Source of the DNA: Ignavibacteriota bacterium
Lineage (GTDB): Bacteria; Bacteroidota; Ignavibacteria; UBA10030; CAVZMI01
Assembly (NCBI GenBank): GCA_963776275.1
Contig: CAVZMI010000021.1
Location: 192,001-256,000, forward strand
Reading direction: 5' to 3'
DNA length: 64,000 bases
Shown here: positions 1-10,226 of the stretch, one piece after another
Position numbering within the stretch: position 1 is the first letter of the stretch
How the letters are laid out: the number at the start of each line of letters is the position of its first letter
Made by a program: the position numbers and the translations under genes
Notes under the pieces: model-generated
The model's input: only the letters and a program-made list of their open reading frames with translations
What the model was told of the DNA's origin: nothing
The model's database searches: none

Positions 1-506
1 ATCTTAGTCCCCTGTAAACAGTTCAGAAGTTCATCCGATGGAAATATATCCTGAATGACTTTCGCCGCCCGTTTGTCAATCTCCTGGGCAACATCGGACG
101 GGTCAACTCCATACTTGTGGAATCCTTCCGGGTAAAAACCAAACAATGTTCCGTCGTTGCACCCAATATCGAGAACTGAACCGCTCGTTTTTTTAAGTAT
201 CGAAACGGCTTCTTCAACAATGCCCTTAAGGTGATTTTTCATTGTCTTGTTTGTTCCCGAACGATACCAATAAGCAGAATAAAGAACTTCAGGCGGTACT
301 GTATGTTCCATTTGCAGTAGGCCACAGGCTTTTTCATCTTTAGTAGGATCACATCGGACAAGAGACATGGGAATTTTTCTGATGGGAGGAATTTCCTTCC
401 CTGGTTTTACAAATGAACCTTGAAGATGTTGATATCCAAGATTAATTACTGGGGTCAGAGCCGTGGAACCGCAGACCCTGCAACTTTTTCTGTGTATTAG
501 ATGCAT
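1..506 (-). CDS. NDP-sugar C-methyltransferase-like protein, N-terminal part (runs off the window)
   Basis: Not in the ORF track. Manual translation from ATG 506 gives MHLIHRKSCRVCGSTALTPVINLG...LVRC...CGLLQ...YWYRSG, the CxxC zinc-binding N-terminus of NDP-hexose C-methyltransferases, in a polysaccharide cluster. Confidence 0.75.
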   Translation of the reverse strand, partial: MHLIHRKSCRVCGSTALTPVINLGYQHLQGSFVKPGKEIPPIRKIPMSLVRCDPTKDEKACGLLQMEHTVPPEVLYSAYWYRSGTNKTMKNHLKGIVEEAVSILKKTSGSVLDIGCNDGTLFGFYPEGFHKYGVDPSDVAQEIDKRAAKVIQDIFPSDELLNCLQGTK

Positions 507-531
507 AGTATTTCATCCCTGGGTTGATAAA

Positions 532-1659
532 TTATTTTCCTATGGAGTGTTTATACTTATTCAATACTTCATTAGTAATTTCCAAAAACCTCCTGCCAAA
601 CTTGCTATCCGGTTCCATATGGCAGCCTTCTCCCCATTCGTTCCATGCGTTTATAAAAACAATTTGCTCATCCTCATCATGATTTAAAACTCTATTACAA
701 GCAGCATCAAGCCATTTTCCAAATAATTCGGGTTTATCATTTTGTATCACAGCACAGGCTTTTTTACGGGGACTATTATCCCAACCCGGAGAAACACAAG
801 GGAACTTTTTATATTTGACAGGATCAGATTTGATCCATTCATTTACGATTGCCTCGTAATTGTATATTTTGCAGTCATTAAGTAATCCCAGTCTAGATAT
901 ATTAAGCTGATTTATAATTACATTCCATATCTTTTGCGGGGTATGTTTAAAAAGATTTAGTCGTTTATCTTTGATTGCTAAATTTACATCCGGTTGAAAA
1001 TCCACGACAGCATCAAATCCTGCACTTATAGCCATTTCCTCTTTCTTAATTGTACTTCCCCAACTTTTGACGGAACACAGAAACAATTCGATTCCATGTT
1101 TGATTTTCGCCTCATGTCGCCACATTTTAATGACATTCTCAATGTTTGGTATTTGAGCTGCTCTATATACTAAAAATACAGGTTTGTCTTTTATACGGAT
1201 ATATCGCTGATCCTTAAAAGCAACCGCTAACCATTCAATATGCTCATAAGGATTATAATTGGAATAGTCTTGTCTCATTAAGATTTCATGGTTACGGCCG
1301 TCCCATTGCCTTGTCCAGTTCTCATTCGACCAGCATAGGCAAAATGGGAAATCAGGTTTGCCAGTTTTAAGCACTTCATTAAAAGGTCTTTCCAAAAGCA
1401 TTTTCCCATTAAACCAGTAATGATGGTAACAAAATCCATGGATACCATAATGTCTTGCCATTTCCGCTTGCGCAATGCGTGTTTCCTCCAGACGCAAATC
1501 ATAGAAACCTAAGTCAGCTGGAATATGGGGCTGATAGTGACCTCTAAACTTGGGTCTTGCTTTTGCAACATTTGTCCAGTCAGTAAAACCATTTCCCCAC
1601 CACTCATCGTTTTCCGGGATCGGATGGTACTGAGGAAGGTAAAAAGCAATAACTTTCAT
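532..1659 (-). CDS. WbsX-family glycosyltransferase / GH99-like domain protein
   Basis: Motifs IAFYLPQYHPIPENDEWWGNGFTDWTNV, LGFYDLR, FCLCWSNENW and FINAWNEWGEG. Confidence 0.85.
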   Translation of the reverse strand: MKVIAFYLPQYHPIPENDEWWGNGFTDWTNVAKARPKFRGHYQPHIPADLGFYDLRLEETRIAQAEMARHYGIHGFCYHHYWFNGKMLLERPFNEVLKTGKPDFPFCLCWSNENWTRQWDGRNHEILMRQDYSNYNPYEHIEWLAVAFKDQRYIRIKDKPVFLVYRAAQIPNIENVIKMWRHEAKIKHGIELFLCSVKSWGSTIKKEEMAISAGFDAVVDFQPDVNLAIKDKRLNLFKHTPQKIWNVIINQLNISRLGLLNDCKIYNYEAIVNEWIKSDPVKYKKFPCVSPGWDNSPRKKACAVIQNDKPELFGKWLDAACNRVLNHDEDEQIVFINAWNEWGEGCHMEPDSKFGRRFLEITNEVLNKYKHSIGK

Positions 1660-1686
1660 GAAGCACCTAAAATATTGTTCAATGCA

Positions 1687-2682
1687 CTACTTATTAAAAC
1701 CTTTTTCTAACAAATCATAAAATATTACATTTCTAGTTTTACCTCTAATGATAAAGTATTTAATAGTTATACTATTTGCCATTTTTATGGGAAATAAAGA
1801 TATCAACTTAGCAAAAAATCGCCATGTATAAGAAGTGTTATAAGTAGAAACAAGTTTCTGAAAAATTGTAATATCGTATGCGGACAGACTGCGGCAAACA
1901 AACAGCGAATTTATATTGCGCCATGGCTCCTCTGCAATAAAGTTCTGTTTTGCAGCTTGAGATATTAAGTGAAACGACCATAATAACTTGGGCCAGTTTA
2001 TCATCCATATTTCAAATTTTCGGGTCGACCATTGTGCATTGCCATATCGTATTTTTATAAATGGATCAGCAATAACGCGAACAGCAGTGGGCAATAACTT
2101 CTGAAAGATTACTCCTATATGAATAAATTCCGTTCCAAAGTAAGACTCTCTATGACGTTCTTTCCATAGATCCCTCTTAATTACGACAGCGCCAATAAAT
2201 GACAAATACTTGATACAGTCTTGAAAGAAATCATTAAATTTGTGCGACTCGTAAATAGTGTGTACCTTGTCAGAAAGGGACTTTTCGTAAATTAGTGTGG
2301 AGAAATTTCGATTCCACACTTCAGAATTTACTATGATCAGGCTGTATCCTTTTGACATTTCAAGAAGGACTTGTTCTACAGCACCATCTTTAAGTAAATC
2401 ATCATCCGTAAACAGCCAGCAGTATTCACCCTGTGCAAGCTCCACAGCCTGGTCGTAATCATGATCAACCCCTCCCTTTGACGGAAGCTGTACATAGTGA
2501 ATCCGGTTACACTCTTCAATATAACTCTTAACTATACTACCTGTATCATCCGTTGAAGCTCCGTCAACTATAACAATTTCAACCTCATTGGTTACTTGTG
2601 GTATTATGCTCTCCAGTGTCTTGCCTATGTAATCGGCACGGTTGTACGTAGCAATGCATATGGATAGACGAGGTTTGTTCAT
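1687..2682 (-). CDS. GT2 family glycosyltransferase
   Basis: LSICIATYNR, IVIVDGASTD and FTDDD motifs. Confidence 0.85.
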   Translation of the reverse strand: MNKPRLSICIATYNRADYIGKTLESIIPQVTNEVEIVIVDGASTDDTGSIVKSYIEECNRIHYVQLPSKGGVDHDYDQAVELAQGEYCWLFTDDDLLKDGAVEQVLLEMSKGYSLIIVNSEVWNRNFSTLIYEKSLSDKVHTIYESHKFNDFFQDCIKYLSFIGAVVIKRDLWKERHRESYFGTEFIHIGVIFQKLLPTAVRVIADPFIKIRYGNAQWSTRKFEIWMINWPKLLWSFHLISQAAKQNFIAEEPWRNINSLFVCRSLSAYDITIFQKLVSTYNTSYTWRFFAKLISLFPIKMANSITIKYFIIRGKTRNVIFYDLLEKGFNK

Positions 2683-3644
2683 GGTTTTACAAACTCTAGC
2701 ATTACGACACCCTCACCCGGAAGCTCGGCAATCGTCCGAAAGTACCGATATTCTTTAGCCATCATATAGGATTCTCGCCAATATGGGTAAAGTGGACCTA
2801 ACAGACGCTTCATGTTTGCATTTCTATGAAAAAGACCATTGCATCGCTCCCCATAAACCACCATCTTGGCCGGCAAACCAGTGATATTGAAGATAACTGA
2901 TTTTAGGCGTTCTTCATCGTAGTATCTCTGCCAGAATGTATATCCATCAGATTCTGGAGATAACACACCATAGTAGTCACGACTGATGTATTGTTCAAGT
3001 GATTGCGCCATACAGGGGAGTGTGAGAATAAGTCGCCCACCAGGACGGAGTAACGACCACATCATGTCCAGCGCCTCTCTGTCAGCTGGAATGTGTTCTA
3101 ATACGGATATAGAGGTGATGAGATCAAATGTTTTCGCTGCATAATTTGCCATTTCGATTGTCTTATTTGTAAACGTACAACGATCTCCCAAACCCAACGC
3201 GTTGGCTAACCGCTCAACTTCCCCTATATCTCGCTTATCCGGATTCATCATCTCAGCAACAGCAACTCTGTTCTGCATCAACAGCATAAGCGGTACGATA
3301 CGTGGTGAAGACACGTCAAGATACCTATAAAAAGGTACATGCACAAGACTCTTTAATACTTCATGGAACTCGAAATAACGCGTAGAATCCATTGGGAAAC
3401 AGATTAGGAAGTAACAAGTACGCAACGATATACGACGCAAAAGAAACAGTCTCACACCTAGACTGGCGCATTTAATGTGTATAGTGATCCCCGGTGTTCC
3501 CAAAATCTGAGCGGCTATCACATAGCAGGGCATCAGGAAAATACCGACCAGCTTCCGCCATAACCTGTGAACTACGCTACACTCTATCGGCAGTGGAACT
3601 TCAATATATTGTCTTTTCATACGAACTGATATGCCTGTGTTCAT
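2679..3644 (-). CDS. class I SAM-dependent methyltransferase
   Basis: FDLITSISVLEH and LLRPGGRLILT motifs. Confidence 0.75.
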   Translation of the reverse strand: MNTGISVRMKRQYIEVPLPIECSVVHRLWRKLVGIFLMPCYVIAAQILGTPGITIHIKCASLGVRLFLLRRISLRTCYFLICFPMDSTRYFEFHEVLKSLVHVPFYRYLDVSSPRIVPLMLLMQNRVAVAEMMNPDKRDIGEVERLANALGLGDRCTFTNKTIEMANYAAKTFDLITSISVLEHIPADREALDMMWSLLRPGGRLILTLPCMAQSLEQYISRDYYGVLSPESDGYTFWQRYYDEERLKSVIFNITGLPAKMVVYGERCNGLFHRNANMKRLLGPLYPYWRESYMMAKEYRYFRTIAELPGEGVVMLEFVKP

Positions 3645-3649
3645 TTAGT

Positions 3650-5158
3650 TCAGGATGCTAATTTTATTTTCTTTAATTGCTCAAATAACCATGTCCTCGT
3701 TGTAGGGATTGTTATTACTGTTATGCCGAGTGTCAAGACTGAAATGATTATTAAATATAGCAACATCATAAACTGAGACATAGGTCCGTTCATAAATATT
3801 CGACCGAGACCTGCTATTAAAAAACATACCACAAGTGGAAAACATACATCACGCCAATACCATCGCCACTTTTCTTCACGTAATAATCGACTGTGCATCA
3901 CTGGAATTTCAAAGAAGACATAGCCCATGTTTAAAACCAACCACACGCTGGCTGCACCTACAGCACCATAGTGGGCCGCCATATAAATAATTAGCGGTAC
4001 AAATAAAAAAACAGCAATCACATTTTTAAAAAAAGACAACCTGGTCCAACCAAAGGCTAATTGCAATGCATAGGGAAGATTCATTATGCCGTTAAGGGCC
4101 GTGCCGCAAATCAGAATGCTTACTATGAGGTGAGATTTCTCCGCAGTTGCTGGGTTCCCTGTCCAGAGAAGGAGTATTTCGTATGAAAACAAAGCAATAA
4201 TAATGGCAACAGGCAGGATCAAAACCGACATAAATTGGCAACTCTGATGATAGAGTCGTTTTAATCTTTCTTGGTCATTGATAGAGACTAATTGCGTTAA
4301 TCTTGGATAAATACCTAAAAATACCGGGCCAATAAGTCGATTAAGACTCATTGCAACCACACTGGCCAGAGTGTAATAACCAAACATCTCAAGGGATAGC
4401 ATTTTACTTAATATGACCTTATCCAATTGAGTAAGAATTACACCAAGAAAGGTAATTCCACTCATTCCAGCAGCAAACTTCCAAATGCCTTTAAGGAGTT
4501 GCTTTTGAAAAATTGCTTTTTTCTCAACAAACGGTAGTACGCGCCAGAGAAATATCGCTAAAAGAAAAGTATTTATTGTGCTGATAACTATTTGCCATAA
4601 GAAAAAAGCCTGAATTGTTGGGGAAACCAACCACAAAACCAGAACAGCCCCGGCACCACGTAGTGTACTTACGCCAATATTGATCACATTAAGCAGAACC
4701 TGTTTCTGTAACCCCATTAACCCTCCAGAGTAAAATCCAATCGGCATCTGGAGAGCTATCACAAATCCCATTATTAAAAGCGCCTGTTCGACGGTATTGG
4801 GAGATAACTGCCCTGCTTTAATCCAGTGATGCGCAATAAACGGTGATATTGACACGACGACAATCCCGATAGAGACAGCAACACCCCAGTAAAGAACTTC
4901 CAGAGTGCGAACAAGATTGCGCATTTCTTGTTCCTTATGCGGCAATATGGAAAGTCGCGCCATCTCACGATTTAATGTACCACTTAATCCCATATCAAAA
5001 AGGCCAAACATTACTTGAAGCGTTGCAAAAACACCAATTAGCCCCCAAGATTCAATCCCCATGAATTTGACATAGAGCGGGATAAAAATCAATCCCATGA
5101 GGGCCTGCCATATACTCCCTGCAAAATTGGCAACTATGTTTTTCTTAAGTAGTGTCAT
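3650..5158 (-). CDS. wzx: Wzx-type oligosaccharide flippase
   Basis: 502 aa multi-TM protein with QLDKVILSKMLSLEMFGYY, typical of MOP flippases, inside a glycan cluster. Confidence 0.8.
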   Translation of the reverse strand: MTLLKKNIVANFAGSIWQALMGLIFIPLYVKFMGIESWGLIGVFATLQVMFGLFDMGLSGTLNREMARLSILPHKEQEMRNLVRTLEVLYWGVAVSIGIVVVSISPFIAHHWIKAGQLSPNTVEQALLIMGFVIALQMPIGFYSGGLMGLQKQVLLNVINIGVSTLRGAGAVLVLWLVSPTIQAFFLWQIVISTINTFLLAIFLWRVLPFVEKKAIFQKQLLKGIWKFAAGMSGITFLGVILTQLDKVILSKMLSLEMFGYYTLASVVAMSLNRLIGPVFLGIYPRLTQLVSINDQERLKRLYHQSCQFMSVLILPVAIIIALFSYEILLLWTGNPATAEKSHLIVSILICGTALNGIMNLPYALQLAFGWTRLSFFKNVIAVFLFVPLIIYMAAHYGAVGAASVWLVLNMGYVFFEIPVMHSRLLREEKWRWYWRDVCFPLVVCFLIAGLGRIFMNGPMSQFMMLLYLIIISVLTLGITVITIPTTRTWLFEQLKKIKLAS

Positions 5159-5246
5159 AACCTATTAAACCCGGTGAAGGATCAACGGATATTATTCTTA
5201 GATTAGTAACTTCATTCTTAAACTCATGACATCAGGAGAAGAATTA

Positions 5247-6074
5247 TTACACAACACTTATTATACTTTTTAACAGGTTCCAACAAATTCCCAACGGAAT
5301 TGTCATCCAATGGTACCACCGCGCATATCGTGCAAGTAAACGGAGTTGACTCTTGAGCTTATTTATATTCTTGAACAAGGAGAGATGTCCGCTGCTTGCC
5401 GAAACCTTATGCCATACCCGCGCTTGAGGTTGGAAAATAATTCTGTATCCTTCCCGGGATGCGCGAAGACACCAGTCGACATCTTCACCATATAGAAAAT
5501 ATGATTCATCGAGCATTCCACACCTTTCGATCACGTCGCGCTTCACCAGCATACAACACCCGGTGACGTACCCTGTTGTGGTAATGGTATTGTGTTGGGC
5601 GCGGTCGACTTCCCGTATACCGATATGAGACACCCATCCCTGCCACCAATCGATTTTCCCTCCTGCATACCAGATTCTCTGCGGATCAGAATAGTATAAT
5701 ATTTTCGGTCCGATAATACCGTTTTTTGCATCTGACATCAACGTTTGCACCAGCGCCGAGAGAAATCCTGAATCTACGATGGTATCATTATTCAACAGCA
5801 ATACAACGTCGGCACCATGATCTAATGCGAATGAAATTCCTCTATTGTTTCCGCCGGCATAGCGGAGGTTCGTCTCGTTTTTAAGGATTTCAACTCCGGG
5901 GAATTCCATCCGGACGGCCTCCACGGTTCCATCTACCGAGGCATTATCGACAACTACAACCTTCGAGCGCGGATAGGAAATCTTCTGGAGAGAACGTAGA
6001 CATTCAAGTGTATCGTTTTTCCCATCCCATGTTACAACGATGATATATACAAGAGGGTATATTGTTGTATTCAT
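5247..6074 (-). CDS. GT2 family glycosyltransferase (rhamnosyltransferase-like)
   Basis: VVDNASVDG, LLLNNDT, GCCML and YFLYGEDVDWCLR motifs. Confidence 0.85.
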   Translation of the reverse strand: MNTTIYPLVYIIVVTWDGKNDTLECLRSLQKISYPRSKVVVVDNASVDGTVEAVRMEFPGVEILKNETNLRYAGGNNRGISFALDHGADVVLLLNNDTIVDSGFLSALVQTLMSDAKNGIIGPKILYYSDPQRIWYAGGKIDWWQGWVSHIGIREVDRAQHNTITTTGYVTGCCMLVKRDVIERCGMLDESYFLYGEDVDWCLRASREGYRIIFQPQARVWHKVSASSGHLSLFKNINKLKSQLRLLARYARWYHWMTIPLGICWNLLKSIISVV

Positions 6075-6096
6075 TTATCGTGCCTCGTGCCGGATG

Positions 6097-7212
6097 CTAC
6101 GTGGAAAGCCGCTCACAAATGATATCGATAATTCGTACGGCGGATTTTCCATCACCATAAGGATTTGTTTTTGTTGCCATTTCAAGATACGCTGACCGAT
6201 TCGAGAGAAGACGTTGTGCTTCTTTTACGATTGTCCCATAGTCGGTGCCGACGAGTCTGGCTGTCCCTACTTCGATCGCTTCCGGCCGTTCGGTTGTTGT
6301 ACGGAGTACGAGGACAGGTTTCCCGAGTGTCGGAGCTTCTTCCTGAACCCCTCCGGAATCTGTCATGATGAGATAGCTCTTATTCATCAGCTGTACGAAT
6401 GGCCGATAATCCAGCGGCTCTATCAAATGAACTCGCGGGACATTGATGAGGATTTCATGAGCCATTTTTTGAACATTGGGATTTGGATGGACAGGATAGA
6501 TCAACTCGACATCAGCATTTTGTTCAACGAGATATTTACACGCAGAGAAGATATTCCGCATCGGTTCGCCGAAGTTCTCACGTCGATGAGACGTTAGCAG
6601 TATTACCCGTCGATTGGCATAGTCGATTGCATTCAATACTGATTCCCTGAATTGAAAACCAGGCTCAACAATCATCAACAGTGCATCGATAACGGTATTT
6701 CCCGTTACGAAAATATTCGACTCTTTAATTCCCTCGGCAAGAAGATTTTTCCTGGCCCATGCCGTTGGAGCAAAATGAAATTCCGTGATACGCGTTGTCA
6801 ATTGTCGATTTATCTCTTCCGGGTACGGATTATATTTATTCCACGTCCGGAGACCCGCCTCAACGTGCCCTACCGGTATTTTCAGATAGAATGCTGCGAG
6901 GCTGGTAGCAAATGTTGTCGTCGTATCACCCTGAACCAGAACAACGTCCGGTTTTTCCTTCATCAGGATCGGTTTGATTTTATTTATGACGCTGGATGTG
7001 ACATAGAATAAATCCTGATTTGCCTGCATGATATCCAGATCGTAATGCGGTGTAATGTCAAATAGCTCAAGCTTCTGATCCAGCAGTTCACGATGCTGAG
7101 CTGTCACAATCACTATGTGCTCGATTGCCCGCCGTTCGAGTTCTTTGACGATCGGTGCCATCTTGATGGCTTCCGGACGGGTTCCAAAAGTAACAGCTAC
7201 TTTCATGGGCAT
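6097..7212 (-). CDS. wecB: UDP-N-acetylglucosamine 2-epimerase (non-hydrolysing)
   Basis: FGTRPEAIKMAP, VQGDTTT, HVEAGLRT, TDSGGVQEEAP and NPYGDG motifs. Start moved to MPMKV, which removes the overlap with the upstream gene. Confidence 0.95.
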   Translation of the reverse strand: MPMKVAVTFGTRPEAIKMAPIVKELERRAIEHIVIVTAQHRELLDQKLELFDITPHYDLDIMQANQDLFYVTSSVINKIKPILMKEKPDVVLVQGDTTTTFATSLAAFYLKIPVGHVEAGLRTWNKYNPYPEEINRQLTTRITEFHFAPTAWARKNLLAEGIKESNIFVTGNTVIDALLMIVEPGFQFRESVLNAIDYANRRVILLTSHRRENFGEPMRNIFSACKYLVEQNADVELIYPVHPNPNVQKMAHEILINVPRVHLIEPLDYRPFVQLMNKSYLIMTDSGGVQEEAPTLGKPVLVLRTTTERPEAIEVGTARLVGTDYGTIVKEAQRLLSNRSAYLEMATKTNPYGDGKSAVRIIDIICERLST

Positions 7213-7228
7213 TCTACTACTATAAAAG

Positions 7229-7969
7229 TTATTGATTCTCCAACAATTGTTCGGGTGATACATCCCGCAGCTCTTTTGCGGGCACTCCCGCATAAATTTT
7301 CCTTGGCGGCACATCGCAGGTCACAACAGCGCCGGCTGCGACCAGCGCATCCTCACCGATAACTTTGCCGGGTAATATTGTTGCGTTTGCTCCAACGCGC
7401 CCACCCCGCCGGATGGTGACCCCTTTATAATGTTTGAAGCGCTCTTTCGTCCTTCCGACATAATTATCATTGCTTGTCGTTACACAGGGAGCAATAAATA
7501 CATCGTCCTCTATTGTGGAATACGCGGTTATATAAACATTTGTCTCGAGTTTGCATCGTGAACCGATTATGCAATAATTCTCAATCGCAACACCGCGGCC
7601 GATTATGGTTTCATTCGCGACCTTGACATTTTCACGGACAGACGACTGGTCTGCGACAAGTACACTGGAACCGATTTCACACCCGGCATAGACGACAACC
7701 GACGTGCCGATTATGACATGATCGCCGATGACAGCCGGCGAAAGTACTTCTGGTTTTGTTGTCGCACTCCGTTGAGCTTTCATCGGTTGTTTTCCTATTA
7801 CCGTATTATCGTCGACACGGCATCCCCGACCGACGATTGTTCCATGATGAAGAACAACATTATTCCCTATCCGGCAACCATCGCCTATAACGACCGCATC
7901 AGAAACAATGGTATTTTCACCGATCAGCACATCGTTGCCGATGGTAGCTGTTGTACTGATATATTTCAT
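7229..7969 (-). CDS. hexapeptide-repeat (LbH) N-acetyltransferase, WbpD/DapH-like
   Basis: Extensive [LIV]G hexapeptide repeats and C-terminal VGANATILPG...AGAVVTCDVP...GVPAK. Confidence 0.8.
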   Translation of the reverse strand: MKYISTTATIGNDVLIGENTIVSDAVVIGDGCRIGNNVVLHHGTIVGRGCRVDDNTVIGKQPMKAQRSATTKPEVLSPAVIGDHVIIGTSVVVYAGCEIGSSVLVADQSSVRENVKVANETIIGRGVAIENYCIIGSRCKLETNVYITAYSTIEDDVFIAPCVTTSNDNYVGRTKERFKHYKGVTIRRGGRVGANATILPGKVIGEDALVAAGAVVTCDVPPRKIYAGVPAKELRDVSPEQLLENQ

Positions 7970-9117
7970 GCTAAACCTCCATTGATGGACGACGATTGTC
8001 CACTCACCAGTTCTTCAATCCCGGCAACCATGGCATCCCATGAATATTTCCGTTTTTCTATTTCGACGTTCTTGACAAACTCCGGTTCCTTCTTTTCCGT
8101 AAAAAATTTCACGATAGCCTCTGCTAGTGCCGACGGATTTTCATGTGGAACTGTAAATCCCGTTATCCCGTCTAGGACTACCTCTGCAAGTCCCCCTACC
8201 TTCGTGGAGATGACCGGTTTATCAAATTGGTATGCAATTTGTACAATTCCGCTCTGCGTTGCAGAAGTATAGGGGAGGACAACGCAATCTGATGCGGAAA
8301 AGTATATACCGACTTCTTCTTGCGGGATGTAATCTGATCGTATCGTGACATCCGGCTCTATTCCAAGATCACGAATCATCAGCCGGTATTTTTCTATATC
8401 CTCATAGAACTCCCCTGCAACCACCAGATGCACTGGAACCGATCTCCCTACCAGCGGCATTGCTTCAAGGAGGGTTTTTAATCCTTTGTAAGGCCGGACA
8501 AATCCGAAAAATAAGATGATATTCTCATGAGGAAGTCCGAGAATCTCACGTGCATGTTCCTTGGTATCTTTAAATCCATATATTTCATAAATCGGATGCG
8601 GGACATTTTTGTAAGGAATACGGGGAAAAAGTCTTTGGATATCCCGCTCAACGGCATCCGACTGGACGATTGCACCATCGATTGCCGAAAATGCATAACT
8701 TGTGAGGACACGACCGAACGGAAATCTTTCGTGAGGAATGATGTTGTCACAGATGAACACCACCTTTGTATGACCGTTAGAGCGTACAATACGATTGATG
8801 GTCCCAAAACATGGTGCAAAAAACGGCATCCAATATTTTATCACCACGCAATCGGGCTTCATTTCCCGTATGCGCCTGCCGATTTTCCACCATGACAAAG
8901 GATTAATCGAATCAATTGTCTGCTCCGTCGGAATTCTAACTCCGCCATCATTCTTCTCCTTCTGGAATTTGCCGGGAAAAAAAATCTTAGGATACTGGCG
9001 CGTGAATGTGAAAACCCGGACAGAATGCCGCTGCGAGAGATGACGATATAGAATGGCGTTATAATGAGCAAGACCGCCTCTATATGGATATGCTGTTCCA
9101 ATGATAACAATCTTCAT
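7966..9117 (-). CDS. GT4 family glycosyltransferase
   Basis: AYPYRGGLAHYN, FFGFVRPYKG, LPYTSATQSG and VGGLAEVV motifs. Confidence 0.85.
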   Translation of the reverse strand: MKIVIIGTAYPYRGGLAHYNAILYRHLSQRHSVRVFTFTRQYPKIFFPGKFQKEKNDGGVRIPTEQTIDSINPLSWWKIGRRIREMKPDCVVIKYWMPFFAPCFGTINRIVRSNGHTKVVFICDNIIPHERFPFGRVLTSYAFSAIDGAIVQSDAVERDIQRLFPRIPYKNVPHPIYEIYGFKDTKEHAREILGLPHENIILFFGFVRPYKGLKTLLEAMPLVGRSVPVHLVVAGEFYEDIEKYRLMIRDLGIEPDVTIRSDYIPQEEVGIYFSASDCVVLPYTSATQSGIVQIAYQFDKPVISTKVGGLAEVVLDGITGFTVPHENPSALAEAIVKFFTEKKEPEFVKNVEIEKRKYSWDAMVAGIEELVSGQSSSINGGLA

Positions 9118-9129
9118 GGCGTGCGTATG

Positions 9130-10218
9130 CTACTTGGCAGACAACAGATGACGGATGGTTTCGAACACCCGGTGCGGTTCAATTGTACTCATACAATCAT
9201 TCGGGCATGTCGGTGAAAAAAAGCACTCGCATTCTTCCTCTGGCTCTATGATCTCCCCCAGGCCGTACAGCTCAAACTCATTACGGTTAAAAATATTATT
9301 GAATAGAATGATTTTTTTCTTAAGCCCGATCGTGATATGCATTGTCATCGTTACTGCGGTCACGACAAGCGTGCACTGGTCGACGAGATTGATAAACTGA
9401 CGAAGCGGATAATGCCCTAAGTATCGTGCCCCACTCGCCCGTGCAATTTTCAAATTTTTCTTGTGTTCCTGCTCTCCCCCGAGCAGCATCGGTATATATC
9501 CCGCTTGCTTCAGGCGCCGGGCAAGCGTAATCCAATATTTCTCGGGCCATAGCCGCAACGTCCACCGGCCGCCGCAGCCCGTGTTCAATCCAATGACGAT
9601 TTTCTTCTTCGAAAGTTTCGGCCATATATATCCTTCGTGATCAAAATTATCGAGGATATAATGTTCACCCGCAAATGTAAATCCACAAATTTCGAAAATC
9701 TCTTCCGGATAACTCTTTGTATTTTTTTTACTCAGATCGTCAAAAATCCCCGTCAGGTATTTATGCTCGGCATCATTATCGAGCGGGGCACAGTGACCAT
9801 TCTTCAAATAAAATCCCTTTTTAATATCGGCTGAGAGAATGTTCATCAACGCACACGCTTCACGATCCTTATCGAGGTTGTACACAACATCAAAGTGCGT
9901 CTGCTCGAGAACAAGAAGATTCCTTGGAGAGAAATCGAGCGAATGGTTCACCATTGATGGCAGAATATCGGGCGTCAGTGTGAGCCACCAGATTTGCGCT
10001 TCAGGATATTCACTTGTAATTCTGTGCAGTAACGGTGTTGTTCGAATCACATCACCGATGGCGCCAAGTTTTATAATAAGAATATTTTTTGTCACAGGAG
10101 TGTAGTGCGGACAGACGGCACCGTTTGTATCGACGCAGTGAACACCATGCTGCTTATGCGGTTTGCACGGTATGTCACCGCGGAAATAACGACAATCTGT
10201 TTTCAAAACAATATCCAT
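9130..10218 (-). CDS. GT9 family (LPS heptosyltransferase-like) glycosyltransferase
   Basis: ILIIKLGAIGDVIRTTPLL, GLNTGCGGRW and C-terminal CECFFSPTC motifs. Confidence 0.8.
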   Translation of the reverse strand: MDIVLKTDCRYFRGDIPCKPHKQHGVHCVDTNGAVCPHYTPVTKNILIIKLGAIGDVIRTTPLLHRITSEYPEAQIWWLTLTPDILPSMVNHSLDFSPRNLLVLEQTHFDVVYNLDKDREACALMNILSADIKKGFYLKNGHCAPLDNDAEHKYLTGIFDDLSKKNTKSYPEEIFEICGFTFAGEHYILDNFDHEGYIWPKLSKKKIVIGLNTGCGGRWTLRLWPEKYWITLARRLKQAGYIPMLLGGEQEHKKNLKIARASGARYLGHYPLRQFINLVDQCTLVVTAVTMTMHITIGLKKKIILFNNIFNRNEFELYGLGEIIEPEEECECFFSPTCPNDCMSTIEPHRVFETIRHLLSAK

Positions 10219-10226
10219 CGGATATC

